Source: Escherichia phage vB_EcoM-P3322
Length of the DNA: 64,000 nt
Sequence record: PV191315.1
Strand: one strand, 5' to 3'
Shown here: in pieces, positions 9,001-18,398 of the stretch
How the letters are laid out: every line of letters starts with the position of its first letter
How positions within the stretch are numbered: the stretch's first letter is position 1
The notes under the pieces: model-generated
What the model saw: the letters and a program-made list of their open reading frames with translations, nothing else
What the model was told of the DNA's origin: nothing
Databases searched by the model: none
Translations under genes and position numbers: made by a program

Positions 9001-9399
9001 TTATCGTTGCGTACAATCAGCTTCTAGAGTAAGAACATTCGTTATTGTTTTATCATTTTTTAGAAATGCAAACCAAGCTAAAGTGTCTCGATACTCTGTG
9101 CGCATCATCACAACTTCAGTAGTGCCAATAAACTGTTGTGAACCATACATAGCACTACCATCTTTACTTTTTTCTCCTGTGTATTGCAGAATGCCACTCA
9201 TCAAAGCACCACCTGAATTTTTAAGGATAAAGGAGTTATCTTTATTAATGACAACAGAAGCCATTTTCTTAGGACCAGAAATCACTTCACCTTTCAGATT
9301 TTTAACAACCACATCTGACACACACTCATAAACTTGAGACGCATTTGCTGTTCCGAGTGATGCAATGAGTAACAATAAACCTACGATGATCTTTTTCAT
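9001..9399 (-). CDS. secreted/periplasmic protein
   Basis: N-terminal signal peptide MKKIIVGLLLLIASLGTANA. Confidence 0.6.
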   Translation of the reverse strand: MKKIIVGLLLLIASLGTANASQVYECVSDVVVKNLKGEVISGPKKMASVVINKDNSFILKNSGGALMSGILQYTGEKSKDGSAMYGSQQFIGTTEVVMMRTEYRDTLAWFAFLKNDKTITNVLTLEADCTQR

Positions 9400-9494
9400 A
9401 TAAACTCTCCTCTTTATTTACCCGACGCGCCCCTGTTGGGCGGAAAGGGTTGTACGCAAAATTTTTAGCTCCAATCGTCGGGTGTCCCGACTCC

Positions 9495-9701
9495 TTACGC
9501 TTTTAATGTTTTAACAGAATGACAAGCTTTGCAAACCATAACCGGAACAAGTTCGTCTCCACTGTCCGCATAAATCACTGTTTTCTTCATTCTGCTACCA
9601 CATGAACAATACTCTGTATGATCCGCTGGAATATTAAATATTCCGTAATCACTTTCATACTGTTTCTTACATATGGACACTGCTTTTGTAAAACGAGACA
9701 T
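9495..9701 (-). CDS. hypothetical Cys-rich protein
   Basis: 68 aa with CSCG...CKAC pairs (zinc-ribbon-like). Confidence 0.45.
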   Translation of the reverse strand: MSRFTKAVSICKKQYESDYGIFNIPADHTEYCSCGSRMKKTVIYADSGDELVPVMVCKACHSVKTLKA

Positions 9702-9703
9702 AC

Positions 9704-9925
9704 CTACTCCGCAAGAACATTCACTTCGTCAGAGAAAAATACGTAATCACAACCTTCCCAAACATCTTCTTCAAACCACTCCCATCCCTCAACTTTGGAC
9801 ATTTCTTCTATCGTAACAAAGAATGTTGTCATATCATCGCTAACAAGATGCGCTTCAACAACAAAAGGAATCTGAACATTCTCAAAACCAACATAACCCA
9901 ATACATCACAAACTCTAATTTTCAT
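9704..9925 (-). CDS. hypothetical protein, paralog family B
   Basis: Shares W(E/F)W...DYVFF motif with 13957-14187. Confidence 0.5.
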   Translation of the reverse strand: MKIRVCDVLGYVGFENVQIPFVVEAHLVSDDMTTFFVTIEEMSKVEGWEWFEEDVWEGCDYVFFSDEVNVLAE

Positions 9926-9926
9926 A

Positions 9927-10127
9927 TTATGCTCCTTTGTAGATTATGTTGGTGCGTTCACACTCTGCCACCAGCAAGCGATTAGCAATGTTGTCCATAG
10001 GAACATCAATCTCTACGCTCCAGGCATTGATATACACTTCTTCAATCTTTGCTCCAAGCATTTGTGCGATCAGAGCAACAGCCCCAGCATATTCAAGTTT
10101 AATCTCAATTACCATTTTGCACCTCAA
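9927..10127 (-). CDS. hypothetical protein
   Basis: 66-aa ORF. Confidence 0.45.
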   Translation of the reverse strand: MRCKMVIEIKLEYAGAVALIAQMLGAKIEEVYINAWSVEIDVPMDNIANRLLVAECERTNIIYKGA

Positions 10128-10129
10128 GG

Positions 10130-10330
10130 TTATTTATCTTGCTTGTATCTTACAAGGCGATCACACTCCAGGTCAAGAAATTTCTCCGCATTTCGTTCGT
10201 GTTTGAGCACAATACATTGTTCTTTCCAGTCTGTAGCTCTTTGCTGCGCTGCTCCTGGGTCAAAATCCCAAAGCCATGCCGCGAAAAGAACAACCATAAC
10301 AATTACTAAGAAACTAAACACTATTGGCAT
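10130..10330 (-). CDS. small membrane protein
   Basis: Start at internal ATG (rc 10328-10330) with AGGAGG RBS; TM helix IVFSFLVIVMVVLFAAWLW. Confidence 0.45.
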   Translation of the reverse strand: MPIVFSFLVIVMVVLFAAWLWDFDPGAAQQRATDWKEQCIVLKHERNAEKFLDLECDRLVRYKQDK

Positions 10331-10635
10331 TGCACATCCTCCTGTGTAGCATGGTCTTTTACCCATTTTATACGGGCAGCATTCAAATGCAATAGCCCGT
10401 TTCTTTGTGCAAAATCATATTTAAACCAGTCTCCGTCATCAAACGGGTATTCTTCAGACAATCCTGCCTCACGGAATTGCATTTGCATTTCATAATTTAG
10501 ATCATCATAACCTCCAGTCCAAAGGTAGAGGCAACTACATAATCCTTTATCATGCCAGAAAGGATTATTATCTGGAGCACCAGCTAATAGCCAATTATGA
10601 TATGCCTGATAAAATTCTTTAAGTTCCTCTGACAT
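10321..10635 (-). CDS. hypothetical protein, paralog family A
   Basis: FYQAYHNWLLAGAP...GLC...YPF...RIKWVKDH. Confidence 0.55.
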   Translation of the reverse strand: MSEELKEFYQAYHNWLLAGAPDNNPFWHDKGLCSCLYLWTGGYDDLNYEMQMQFREAGLSEEYPFDDGDWFKYDFAQRNGLLHLNAARIKWVKDHATQEDVQCQ

Positions 10636-10812
10636 TTAACCTCCTGTATATAGTGTTGAAAGATACACAGCAAAAGCATTCTCGGCTGTTTTCACCTCCT
10701 CTTCAAGATCTTCACGCTCTGCTGGCGTTAATGCATTCCGCACAGCAGCGTCTGCTTCTCGGATTTTTCTTACTAAACGTGAAACATCTTTCAGTTGTTG
10801 AAAAGTAGCCAT
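10636..10812 (-). CDS. hypothetical small protein
   Basis: 58-aa ORF (MATFQQLKDV...); stop overlaps next ATG (GGAGGTTAAATG). Confidence 0.4.
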   Translation of the reverse strand: MATFQQLKDVSRLVRKIREADAAVRNALTPAEREDLEEEVKTAENAFAVYLSTLYTGG

Positions 10813-10827
10813 AGTCTTTCTCCTGTT

Positions 10828-11187
10828 TTAGTGAGTGTCGCGCCATTCGGCAATCTCTTCGGCTAAACGATCACAAGAATCGAAAGCCACTTTACCTTCG
10901 CCAGGGTAGTTCCAGAAGACACCCCGTGAATCTGTAATGTTTATATGATACTTGTCCCACATCTCTTTTGCAAGTGGTCGATCAACATATCCTTCAAAAT
11001 ATACTTCAGTTTCTGCTGAATATGGAGTGTAATCGCTGGCAGCAAAAGCGTTCTGGAAGATCACCATCACATTACGTGTTGTGCTTGGATGCATCAATTG
11101 GTGAAATTTTAACAATCTTCCGTTGATCCTAACAACATCTCCTTCAAACAAGGAGATATCTTTTACTTTACGAAATTCTCCGCTCAT
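10828..11187 (-). CDS. hypothetical protein
   Basis: 119-aa ORF. Confidence 0.55.
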   Translation of the reverse strand: MSGEFRKVKDISLFEGDVVRINGRLLKFHQLMHPSTTRNVMVIFQNAFAASDYTPYSAETEVYFEGYVDRPLAKEMWDKYHINITDSRGVFWNYPGEGKVAFDSCDRLAEEIAEWRDTH

Positions 11188-11196
11188 TTTACCCCC

Positions 11197-11388
11197 TTAA
11201 TACACATCTCCTACAAACCAGATTTCTGGATCGCCATACTGATCCTTCTCGTAAGATTTATAGACACTACAGCAATATTTCAAAACACCATCGACAAGGA
11301 TTGTTGATCTTTCTTCTGGAATCTCTGTGATTTCACCTTTGCGGGTTTCGAAGATGGTATCACCCTTTTCAATCAGTCTGATTTTCAT
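11197..11388 (-). CDS. hypothetical protein
   Basis: 63-aa ORF. Confidence 0.45.
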   Translation of the reverse strand: MKIRLIEKGDTIFETRKGEITEIPEERSTILVDGVLKYCCSVYKSYEKDQYGDPEIWFVGDVY

Positions 11389-11587
11389 ATCGTACTTCCT
11401 TCAATGCGAGTAATGCATTTACCAGATTATCAACACCTTGATCATCCAGTGCGATAACATCGAAGTTAAACCCTGTGTCAGTTGGGACTTTACGTTTTAT
11501 GGTGTAATAGTCCCCTTCATGACGTTCAACATACACGTATGGGTAACTGCTGTTCGGATCATGTTTCACGCGAATAGATGTTTTCAT
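11369..11587 (-). CDS. hypothetical protein
   Basis: 72-aa ORF. Confidence 0.45.
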   Translation of the reverse strand: MKTSIRVKHDPNSSYPYVYVERHEGDYYTIKRKVPTDTGFNFDVIALDDQGVDNLVNALLALKEVRYENQTD

Positions 11588-11602
11588 GTTTTGTTCTCCT
11601 CT

Positions 11603-11854
11603 TTAGTCAAACCAGTTGTATTCAGAAGGGTAACGAGCGTAGTTTGGCTTATACCCCAGCCTTTTCATCTTGACAGACATACGAGTGAAGCCAAAAGTTG
11701 TTTTGCCCTTAGACATAAACTTCTTCCCACTCTTCATTGGCTTCTTAGGGTCTTTGATCGTCTGGTGTAACGCTCGCGCAAGCCACAAAGTGTATGCGCT
11801 CGGCACTTGATTAACTTTCATCTTGTTACCTTTCATCATTTTACCTCGGACCAA
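11603..11854 (-). CDS. small basic protein
   Basis: 83 aa, Lys/Arg-rich (possible nucleic-acid binding). Confidence 0.5.
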   Translation of the reverse strand: MVRGKMMKGNKMKVNQVPSAYTLWLARALHQTIKDPKKPMKSGKKFMSKGKTTFGFTRMSVKMKRLGYKPNYARYPSEYNWFD

Positions 11855-12135
11855 TCAATAGTGATCCACTCGTATGCCCCGTTCAGATCCATTTCTTTAT
11901 AAACAATAAGCCCACGCTCACGAAGAATTGCTACTGCTTCATCCATCCACTTCACCTGATTGTAGATCTGCTCTGGGTGGGTGGGAGAATTATTCAGACC
12001 AAAATCGGATGGCGTGAAATTTCTTGAAGAGTTTCCCGCTCGGGCTTCAGCAAAACATGTCTCGATCACTTCTTCAACAGGGAAATTGAAGGAAGCTTCT
12101 TTTGCAATACGGCGTAACTGTTCGGTCAGATTCAT
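11836..12135 (-). CDS. hypothetical protein
   Basis: 99-aa ORF. Confidence 0.5.
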   Translation of the reverse strand: MNLTEQLRRIAKEASFNFPVEEVIETCFAEARAGNSSRNFTPSDFGLNNSPTHPEQIYNQVKWMDEAVAILRERGLIVYKEMDLNGAYEWITIDWSEVK

Positions 12136-12162
12136 CTTATTCTCCTTTCGTTGTGCGAAACA

Positions 12163-12600
12163 TTATAACAGATCTAATGCTTTCAACTCTTCTTTCAATG
12201 ATTCAGGCAGGTCACATTCAATGTCAATCAGAGATAACAAGTGACCAACAATGCCTTCCAGATGTTGATACTCACTATAACTTATAAATTCAGAATTGTA
12301 AACAGAAACATCCTTAGTTTCTTTCACAACTTCCCCCGCAGACACGCACATAAAAAAGTTACGCTCTCCGCGAGCTAACAATATCTCCCAACTCCTGAAC
12401 GGATACTGTCCAGCTTCAATAATATCTCCACTGTCCAGTAAAGTCAATGAGCAAACAGACCCTGATTCACTAACATCTTCGACGCGGAAACAAGACCCTT
12501 CAATCAAAGCTGCCATTTTGAAATTTTCATCAGAGATCATAGAGAAAGCTTCACATGCAGCTTTACTTTTGAAACAATAAACAGCATTAACTTTAAACAT
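12163..12600 (-). CDS. hypothetical protein
   Basis: 145-aa ORF. Confidence 0.55.
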   Translation of the reverse strand: MFKVNAVYCFKSKAACEAFSMISDENFKMAALIEGSCFRVEDVSESGSVCSLTLLDSGDIIEAGQYPFRSWEILLARGERNFFMCVSAGEVVKETKDVSVYNSEFISYSEYQHLEGIVGHLLSLIDIECDLPESLKEELKALDLL

Positions 12601-12612
12601 AACATTCCCCTT

Positions 12613-13068
12613 TTAAACAAAAGATACGCCGATGGTAGCAACAACCAAACGTTTATAAACTTCAACCTCTTCTGTAGGATTAGCCATTTTATGCTCTGCT
12701 GCTTCTTTCAAAGCTTCTTCATAACTTTCAAATCCAGAAATACAGGTGTCATCAGTCATTACAACATACCACTCTTCTTTTGTTGTATCAACAGGTTCTT
12801 CTTGGGGTTTTCCACGACCACCGCGAATACCACCGTCAACAAAATAATCTATATGAGCAGAATTGATTATGTAACGATCCCCATCACTAGCAGTGATAAT
12901 ACCGTCTCTCCCTATCACAACAATTGACAAGATATTACCATTTGCATCAGTGCTCAACACCTCGAAAAAATTCTCTCCAATGATAGCAGCAATACTGTTA
13001 TCAAAGGTAGAATATAGTCGCATATAATCCTCATCCTGGAAACGGTAGACATGACCTTCTTTAAACAT
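12613..13068 (-). CDS. hypothetical protein
   Basis: Start moved to internal ATG (rc 13066-13068, MFKEGHVYRF) with AAGGAG RBS. Confidence 0.55.
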   Translation of the reverse strand: MFKEGHVYRFQDEDYMRLYSTFDNSIAAIIGENFFEVLSTDANGNILSIVVIGRDGIITASDGDRYIINSAHIDYFVDGGIRGGRGKPQEEPVDTTKEEWYVVMTDDTCISGFESYEEALKEAAEHKMANPTEEVEVYKRLVVATIGVSFV

Positions 13069-13246
13069 TGTATGCTCCTTCTTGTTCAAGAGTAAAAGGA
13101 ATGATCTCACCATAGCTGTATTGCATGGCATCCACTTCTGCTTCTGCACGTTGTGCTAGTTCTAATGTTGCACAGATCTTGTAAGGGACAGTGCTGCATT
13201 GGCTCCAGCCTGGGTATTCTTTGTTACTAAATATACAGTAGTTCCT

Positions 13247-13708
13247 TTATTCATAACTTTCTCCTCTTAGTTCATCATACCATTTCAAAGCGTCTTTTGG
13301 AAGCATACCAAAATCTTCTTTTAGTTCTTTTTCAATCTCTTCTTGCATTTCCATCAGCGTTTTCAGTTGACGGACTTTTTTGTGCATAGCCACATTCCTT
13401 TCATTAAGGTTTGTCACTACATTATTTGCACGACTTGGTGGAAATGACAAAGGTTTCACGGGAAGATAATCTTCGATATTATCTAGTGCGTTACGAAAAT
13501 TATGATCCAAGAAACGTACATCTACACGATTGTAATCGGCAGCTACAACAGTGAACACTTTAAACGGCACATTGGATAAAGTATGTTGCACATAGACAGT
13601 ACCCATATTGCCTTCAATTTTACTATTAACTTCCAGCAAACCTGTATGAGCACTAACATAATCGTGAACACATTGCACATAAGCTGCCAGTATAGTGAAT
13701 TGTCTCAT
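13247..13708 (-). CDS. hypothetical protein
   Basis: 153-aa ORF. Confidence 0.55.
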   Translation of the reverse strand: MRQFTILAAYVQCVHDYVSAHTGLLEVNSKIEGNMGTVYVQHTLSNVPFKVFTVVAADYNRVDVRFLDHNFRNALDNIEDYLPVKPLSFPPSRANNVVTNLNERNVAMHKKVRQLKTLMEMQEEIEKELKEDFGMLPKDALKWYDELRGESYE

Positions 13709-13953
13709 TTTCTACCTCCCCATAATGCTAACATTTTATTGAAAATGGAAACGCGTCGTGCGCGAGATGCCATATCATAATTCATTCTTTCCGTCTCTGC
13801 AAGAAATTGATCTACTGTAATCAACGCTTTTGTCTTCTCTTTCAGAGTTTGCATATTCATCCATTCACATTCAGAATACCAATTATCGAAATACAAACTA
13901 TCAAGAAGATCCATTGCTGCTTCGTTCTGCTGTGGTGTGATCATTGCACACAA
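13705..13953 (-). CDS. hypothetical protein
   Basis: 82-aa ORF. Confidence 0.45.
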   Translation of the reverse strand: MCAMITPQQNEAAMDLLDSLYFDNWYSECEWMNMQTLKEKTKALITVDQFLAETERMNYDMASRARRVSIFNKMLALWGGRK

Positions 13954-13956
13954 CCT

Positions 13957-14187
13957 TTAATAGACAATTTCATATTCGTGAGGAAAGAAAACATAATCTT
14001 CCCCTTCTCGTGCATCTATCTCGTCCCAAAACCATTCCTGCACTTCCATCATCTTCGAGAATCGCACATGAGCAAGCCCACTGTATTCCACCGTAGCTTC
14101 CAGCACAAGTGGAAATTTTGCATGTGCCAATCCTTTATAACCACCATCATTCTCAATACGAATTTTCATGCGTTTCATATTATGCAT
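13957..14187 (-). CDS. hypothetical protein, paralog family B
   Basis: EWFWDE...EDYVFF motif shared with 9704-9925. Confidence 0.5.
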   Translation of the reverse strand: MHNMKRMKIRIENDGGYKGLAHAKFPLVLEATVEYSGLAHVRFSKMMEVQEWFWDEIDAREGEDYVFFPHEYEIVY

Positions 14188-14389
14188 CCTTCAGACCCTT
14201 AATGAAATAACGACCAACCGGATTCCCTCGGAAGTATTCGTTAATGAAATCGATAACACACGTTTCACTACCTGTCACAACGGACGGTGCGAAGTTTCGG
14301 AACTGCACGAGTACACGACTTGCGTTAGCAAGGGTGTGCACACGATCAGTGTTAGCTAAATACAAGGATACAGTTTTCAAATTCTTCAT
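14180..14389 (-). CDS. hypothetical protein
   Basis: 69-aa ORF. Confidence 0.45.
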   Translation of the reverse strand: MKNLKTVSLYLANTDRVHTLANASRVLVQFRNFAPSVVTGSETCVIDFINEYFRGNPVGRYFIKGLKDA

Positions 14390-14438
14390 TTCATCTCCTC
14401 ATTGGCTATCTGTTATGTCATCCATTATACAAACATCT

Positions 14439-14813
14439 TTATTCAAAGCAAACATTATTTGCATCTTCAATTCTGTCTTTCACCCATTGAAGACGTAACG
14501 TGTTGGTATGACACGCCAAGTTTATACACTCTGAAAGGTAATCCATGCAATCTGCATTGAACGGAAGATTGTAGTCCAGCCCTGCACATGTAAACTGTTT
14601 CCTCATTTCGTATTTCAAACTATCCAACAAACGATCACGCCATCTTTTATCTTCTTCTCTGGTTGTCTCACCAACAAAATCATCTACATAATCTACCAGA
14701 CAACCACATAAGCCACTCGTTGTGCGATTCATTGCAGGATAGTTGGCAATCCATGCTTTATAGAAGCGAAGCAATGTTGCACTACTCAACGGAATATTTT
14801 TACTCTCTTGCAT
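14439..14813 (-). CDS. hypothetical protein, paralog family A
   Basis: FYKAWIANYP...GLC...LPF...RLQWVKDR. Confidence 0.55.
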   Translation of the reverse strand: MQESKNIPLSSATLLRFYKAWIANYPAMNRTTSGLCGCLVDYVDDFVGETTREEDKRWRDRLLDSLKYEMRKQFTCAGLDYNLPFNADCMDYLSECINLACHTNTLRLQWVKDRIEDANNVCFE

Positions 14814-14819
14814 GACAAT

Positions 14820-16391
14820 CTCCTCTCATCGTTAGCCATCTTTCATGGCAATCATCAATCACCAACATCATACGATCAATCTCAGGGAATTACAATCGAA
14901 TTATCATAGGGGATTCCTATCAATTATCCCATATATACCGATTATTTTTGACACCCCACTCTTGTATAAAAAGTAACCCAAAATATCTACGGGGAGAGAT
15001 TATTTCGGGACACCCTGTTTCATGGCAATCATGGCAAGAATATCTAATAGAATCAATATCATATGGCAAAAATCATGACGCATACGTAAGAAGTGCTTAA
15101 CGCGAATTTTCGGGCCGTCAGGTCCACGCAGCGACAATTCCCAAATATCATGAGAATGAGAATAATTATCATTCGTATTCAATGACTTATGCAAGGCTCA
15201 TGCCAACATAGCGACAAGGTGGGCCACTTGATTATAAATCACACAAACACTTATTTATCAATAGGTTGGCAACTTCATCATATGACGGAACATTGTCAAC
15301 TGATCCCGCTCATGACAAGCAGACTATTATTTATATGAGAATGATTATTATTTAAACGTTTATTAACATAAAAATTAAAATAAATCAAGAATTTTCTGAT
15401 TTTATTTACGTTTAAGAGAAGATGCTCAACATCCTACCGGATCGCCGTTGGCAATCCTCGGATATTTACGCCCCCATGATTAAGGTTTATCTCTTTTCTT
15501 AGTGCTCAACATTCCCGCCCGTGGCGGTAACATTTCGCCCCCAAAATTATTGCTTTTTATTCTATTATGTGCATAGTGTGCAATGTATCGGAATGATGAT
15601 AATCATCCTCCCATTGCCCCCATAATTATTGCCATGCTAATGATTTCATCTTGTAATTACCACAATGATTATTGTTATTGCGCTAATGTTATGATCTTGG
15701 TAATTACATATAATGCTAATAATAAGCCAGCGCAATAAGTGTAAGCGTCATTACGCTTGCAATTATTGCAAGCTACGCAGTAACAAGAAATAACCATCAC
15801 CGATGGTTATGATTGTTGGGGTGTAGTTGGCTTATTATTAGCTCGCTATGTGTCCGGCATAGCGTGCTAATGATGATCCTGGGAATGATTCGTTTTGTAA
15901 TGATTTCATTCAGTCACTATTATGGCAATAGTTATTATTTTAATGGTTTCGTTTGTTATTGTTCGTTAGTTGGTTGTTTTGTCGTGTTATCGTTATCTTG
16001 CTTAGTATTCATCATGGTTTGATTGTTTGTCGTTATCAATCATCTTGCTATTATTCCTTTGATTATGATTAGTTTGCTTATTGTTTTAGGTTGTTGGTTA
16101 GTTAGTTGTTGCGAACTATTATCAACATTATAGTTATGCACTTATATTGCATAGATAAACATGGATAGATGATAATGGTTATCATTGAACTAGAAAAGAG
16201 GTAAAAGGGTGTTTTTGATGGTTTGTTGTTGGTTGTTGATCGATTTTAACCGCTATAAATGGCTCTCTAACAGCCTGTTACCCTGGGAGGTATGGTTATT
16301 CGTTTAATGGTTGATTAGCTCGATACCGCGATTTATTCAATTTTGTTCTGTGTCGGTTTTTCATAGGCGAAAGCTATCAACATTGTTCGGG
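14820..16391. other. 1.6-kb non-coding AT-rich region with GATAAT/ATCATT palindromes and short repeats
   Basis: No credible ORF; palindromes GATGATAATCATC (~15596) and TGATAATGGTTATCA (~16166), AAGCGTCATTACGCTT, GCAATTATTGC; recurring GCTAATGAT and GAGAATGA motifs. Confidence 0.5.
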
Positions 16392-16428
16392 CAAAAAGAA
16401 AGGGCGCTTGGTGCGCCCCTTGTTTTGT
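16392..16428 (-). terminator. bidirectional intrinsic terminator-like hairpin
   Basis: GGGCGCTTGGTGCGCCC stem-loop flanked by A-run and T-run; just downstream of 16435-16854. Confidence 0.55.
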
Positions 16429-16434
16429 TGTCGC

Positions 16435-16854
16435 TTATAACGCTTCATAGATTGAGTAGATCCGGTTTGCCAGATCATTACGAAAGCGGAATTTTTCATC
16501 ACGTTTGATCATCAGATCCTTAAAACCGCATTCTTTCAGTGCTTCATTAACTTTATGGCGGCAAACGTTCATATTATCCTGCGCGTCACCAATAAACTTA
16601 TTGCTGTGATGCATTGCTTTGATCTCTTCCTCTAATACCAGGGCAACTACACGGATCGGATCAAGCTGATATGCGGTAACATCCATGCGGCATTGTAGAC
16701 GGCTTTTAACATCGTTTACCGGATATACTGCAACCTCTTCCCCGTCAACGTTCACAATAACCAATTTACCATCGATTTCGAAGCCTTTGGCGGCGCTACC
16801 GTGACAAAAAGCGTTATCGAAGGAGTAAGCTGGATTATTTGATTTAATGTTCAT
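16435..16854 (-). CDS. hypothetical protein
   Basis: Start at internal ATG (rc 16852-16854, MNIKSNNPAY); flanked by terminator hairpins. Confidence 0.5.
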   Translation of the reverse strand: MNIKSNNPAYSFDNAFCHGSAAKGFEIDGKLVIVNVDGEEVAVYPVNDVKSRLQCRMDVTAYQLDPIRVVALVLEEEIKAMHHSNKFIGDAQDNMNVCRHKVNEALKECGFKDLMIKRDEKFRFRNDLANRIYSIYEAL

Positions 16855-16949
16855 AGTGTTATCCTTTGTTTCGTTGTTTGCTGCCAGTGAATTAAATATA
16901 ATATAACGCCGATCCCCTGTCAATAGGGGATAGCGCATTATTTACATTT

Positions 16950-16980
16950 CTTTACGTTAAAGGGCGCTTAGTGCGCCCTT
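16950..16980 (-). terminator. terminator-like hairpin
   Basis: AAGGGCGCTTAGTGCGCCCTT inverted repeat after stop of 16989-17357; weak U-tract. Confidence 0.45.
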
Positions 16981-16988
16981 GTATAATC

Positions 16989-17357
16989 TTACTTTGTGCT
17001 GTTGTAAACGTTATCGCGTTCAACCATCACGGCAAGGCGGATCAGTTGATCAGTTGTATCGCGTAAATTGTCGGGCCATGTTTTACTGTTCCAGCTATCC
17101 AGGTTTGATTGTATATAGGTTTCAATGGCTTGATCCATATTATCAAACAAGTTTTCCTCCAGGCTCTCGGCTGTTTCACACTGGAAAGCATTAGCGACAC
17201 TATTAATCAATAAGCAAGCCAGTAAATCAGCATTACGCCAATTTTTACGGATAGTTTCATCTGTCAAATAACCAACGAGATTAACCTTTGCGCCAGTGGT
17301 TGACGTTGCGATCACTTCTTGTGCTTTTTCAAGTGCTTTAATTGCTGATTTGCTCAT
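16989..17357 (-). CDS. hypothetical protein
   Basis: 122-aa ORF. Confidence 0.5.
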   Translation of the reverse strand: MSKSAIKALEKAQEVIATSTTGAKVNLVGYLTDETIRKNWRNADLLACLLINSVANAFQCETAESLEENLFDNMDQAIETYIQSNLDSWNSKTWPDNLRDTTDQLIRLAVMVERDNVYNSTK

Positions 17358-17435
17358 CTTCTTTTCCTCTTTGTGGGCTTGCTGTATTGCTCGCCCTACG
17401 CAATAACTATAAGTTAACAGGAGAAATAAAGCAAG

Positions 17436-17669
17436 CTATTTTTTATAAAATTTTTCTGCTGTGATATTCTTCCCAGTAGGCTTAACCACTTGCAAGATCT
17501 TATCATGTGCCGAACGTCCAAAAGAGTAAGATCCGTACACGGTAAACCAATAATCCCCGTTCGGTTGAACGGTTACGGCGGCGTACGGTGTACCTCTTTC
17601 ATTATCCCCGATGAAGTGAGAAACATTACCGTTAACATTTGGTTTAGTGCTTTTAATTTGTTCGATCAT
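17436..17669 (-). CDS. hypothetical protein
   Basis: 77-aa ORF, AGGAG RBS, preceded by promoter-hairpin module. Confidence 0.5.
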   Translation of the reverse strand: MIEQIKSTKPNVNGNVSHFIGDNERGTPYAAVTVQPNGDYWFTVYGSYSFGRSAHDKILQVVKPTGKNITAEKFYKK

Positions 17670-17687
17670 GATATGACTCCTAAATCA

Positions 17688-17746
17688 GGCGGGAAACATT
17701 CCCGCCCTACGTGATAAATGATAATGTAAGCGTGATCCGGTGTCAA
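17688..17746 (-). promoter_or_regulatory. promoter + 5' GC-hairpin module
   Basis: rc: TTGACA (17741-17746), ~17-nt spacer, -10, then CACGTAGGGCGGGAATGTTTCCCGCC hairpin. Confidence 0.55.
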
Positions 17747-17880
17747 TAGGTAGGATTGTAAAGATTTGATAGTTTATCTCTTTGATGTTTTGTTGTTTGA
17801 TAGATGTTAGCTATCAATATATAGCGGGGTCGTCCGGTGATTATCTTCCCCTGCTCCCAGGTGCCGCCCGTTCAATAAGT

Positions 17881-17913
17881 ATAACAAAAAACAGGACAAA
17901 AACAAGCCCTGTT
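17881..17913 (-). terminator. terminator-like hairpin
   Basis: AACAGG...CCTGTT stem followed on minus strand by TTTTTGTTAT. Confidence 0.4.
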
Positions 17914-17921
17914 TATTTATC

Positions 17922-18056
17922 TTAAAACCAGTTGCCAACCGTTTCCAATAGGTCACTGACTACCAGGACAACATTAATCAGCACATATTCAACCAGGAAG
18001 GGAATAAGCGCCAGCGTTGCTACTACGATCCCCATTGTGATGATTACCTTTCTCAT
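17922..18056 (-). CDS. small hydrophobic peptide
   Basis: 44-aa ORF (MRKVIITMGIVVATLALIPFL...), single TM segment. Confidence 0.35.
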   Translation of the reverse strand: MRKVIITMGIVVATLALIPFLVEYVLINVVLVVSDLLETVGNWF

Positions 18057-18058
18057 GG

Positions 18059-18343
18059 TTAGCGGCTTACGTAAGCTTTACCGTTTACGGTCATCGGTAT
18101 GGCCTCAAGGTCTGGATCTTCCTTAAGGTCGCGTGCAAGCTCACCGCAGCGGATACCCTCGAATCCGTGGTATTCTGTCGCGCCGTCCTGGAAAGTTTTA
18201 GCGGCAAGGCATAGGCGATAATTAACACCGATCCGGTTTACCGCGTTGATATCGGTTAACGTGATGGATTCAGGCAAATCATTAGCCATTACAGGCGCGT
18301 TAATACCAACAACCAGGGCAACTACTGCGATCATCTTTTTCAT
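18059..18343 (-). CDS. secreted small protein
   Basis: Signal peptide MKKMIAVVALVVGINAPVMA. Confidence 0.55.
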   Translation of the reverse strand: MKKMIAVVALVVGINAPVMANDLPESITLTDINAVNRIGVNYRLCLAAKTFQDGATEYHGFEGIRCGELARDLKEDPDLEAIPMTVNGKAYVSR

Positions 18344-18398
18344 GTGTCTATCCTCTTCCTATTGCGTTTAATGGGGGCGTTACCGCCCTGCTTATGGT

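Noticed and set aside
15000-15194. Minus-strand 64-aa ORF in the non-coding region
   Set aside because: Lies across the GATAAT/ATCATT repeat cluster with no RBS; more likely regulatory DNA.
14820-16391. tRNA genes in the large non-coding regions
   Set aside because: No sequence with tRNA hallmarks (T-loop GTTCGAATC-like box, cloverleaf-compatible stems) was recognised by eye; a tRNAscan-type search would be needed to be certain.
15813-16508. Plus-strand ORFs 15813-16022 and 16311-16508
   Set aside because: Cys/Val/Leu low-complexity translations of repeat-rich AT DNA; no RBS; opposite to surrounding transcription.
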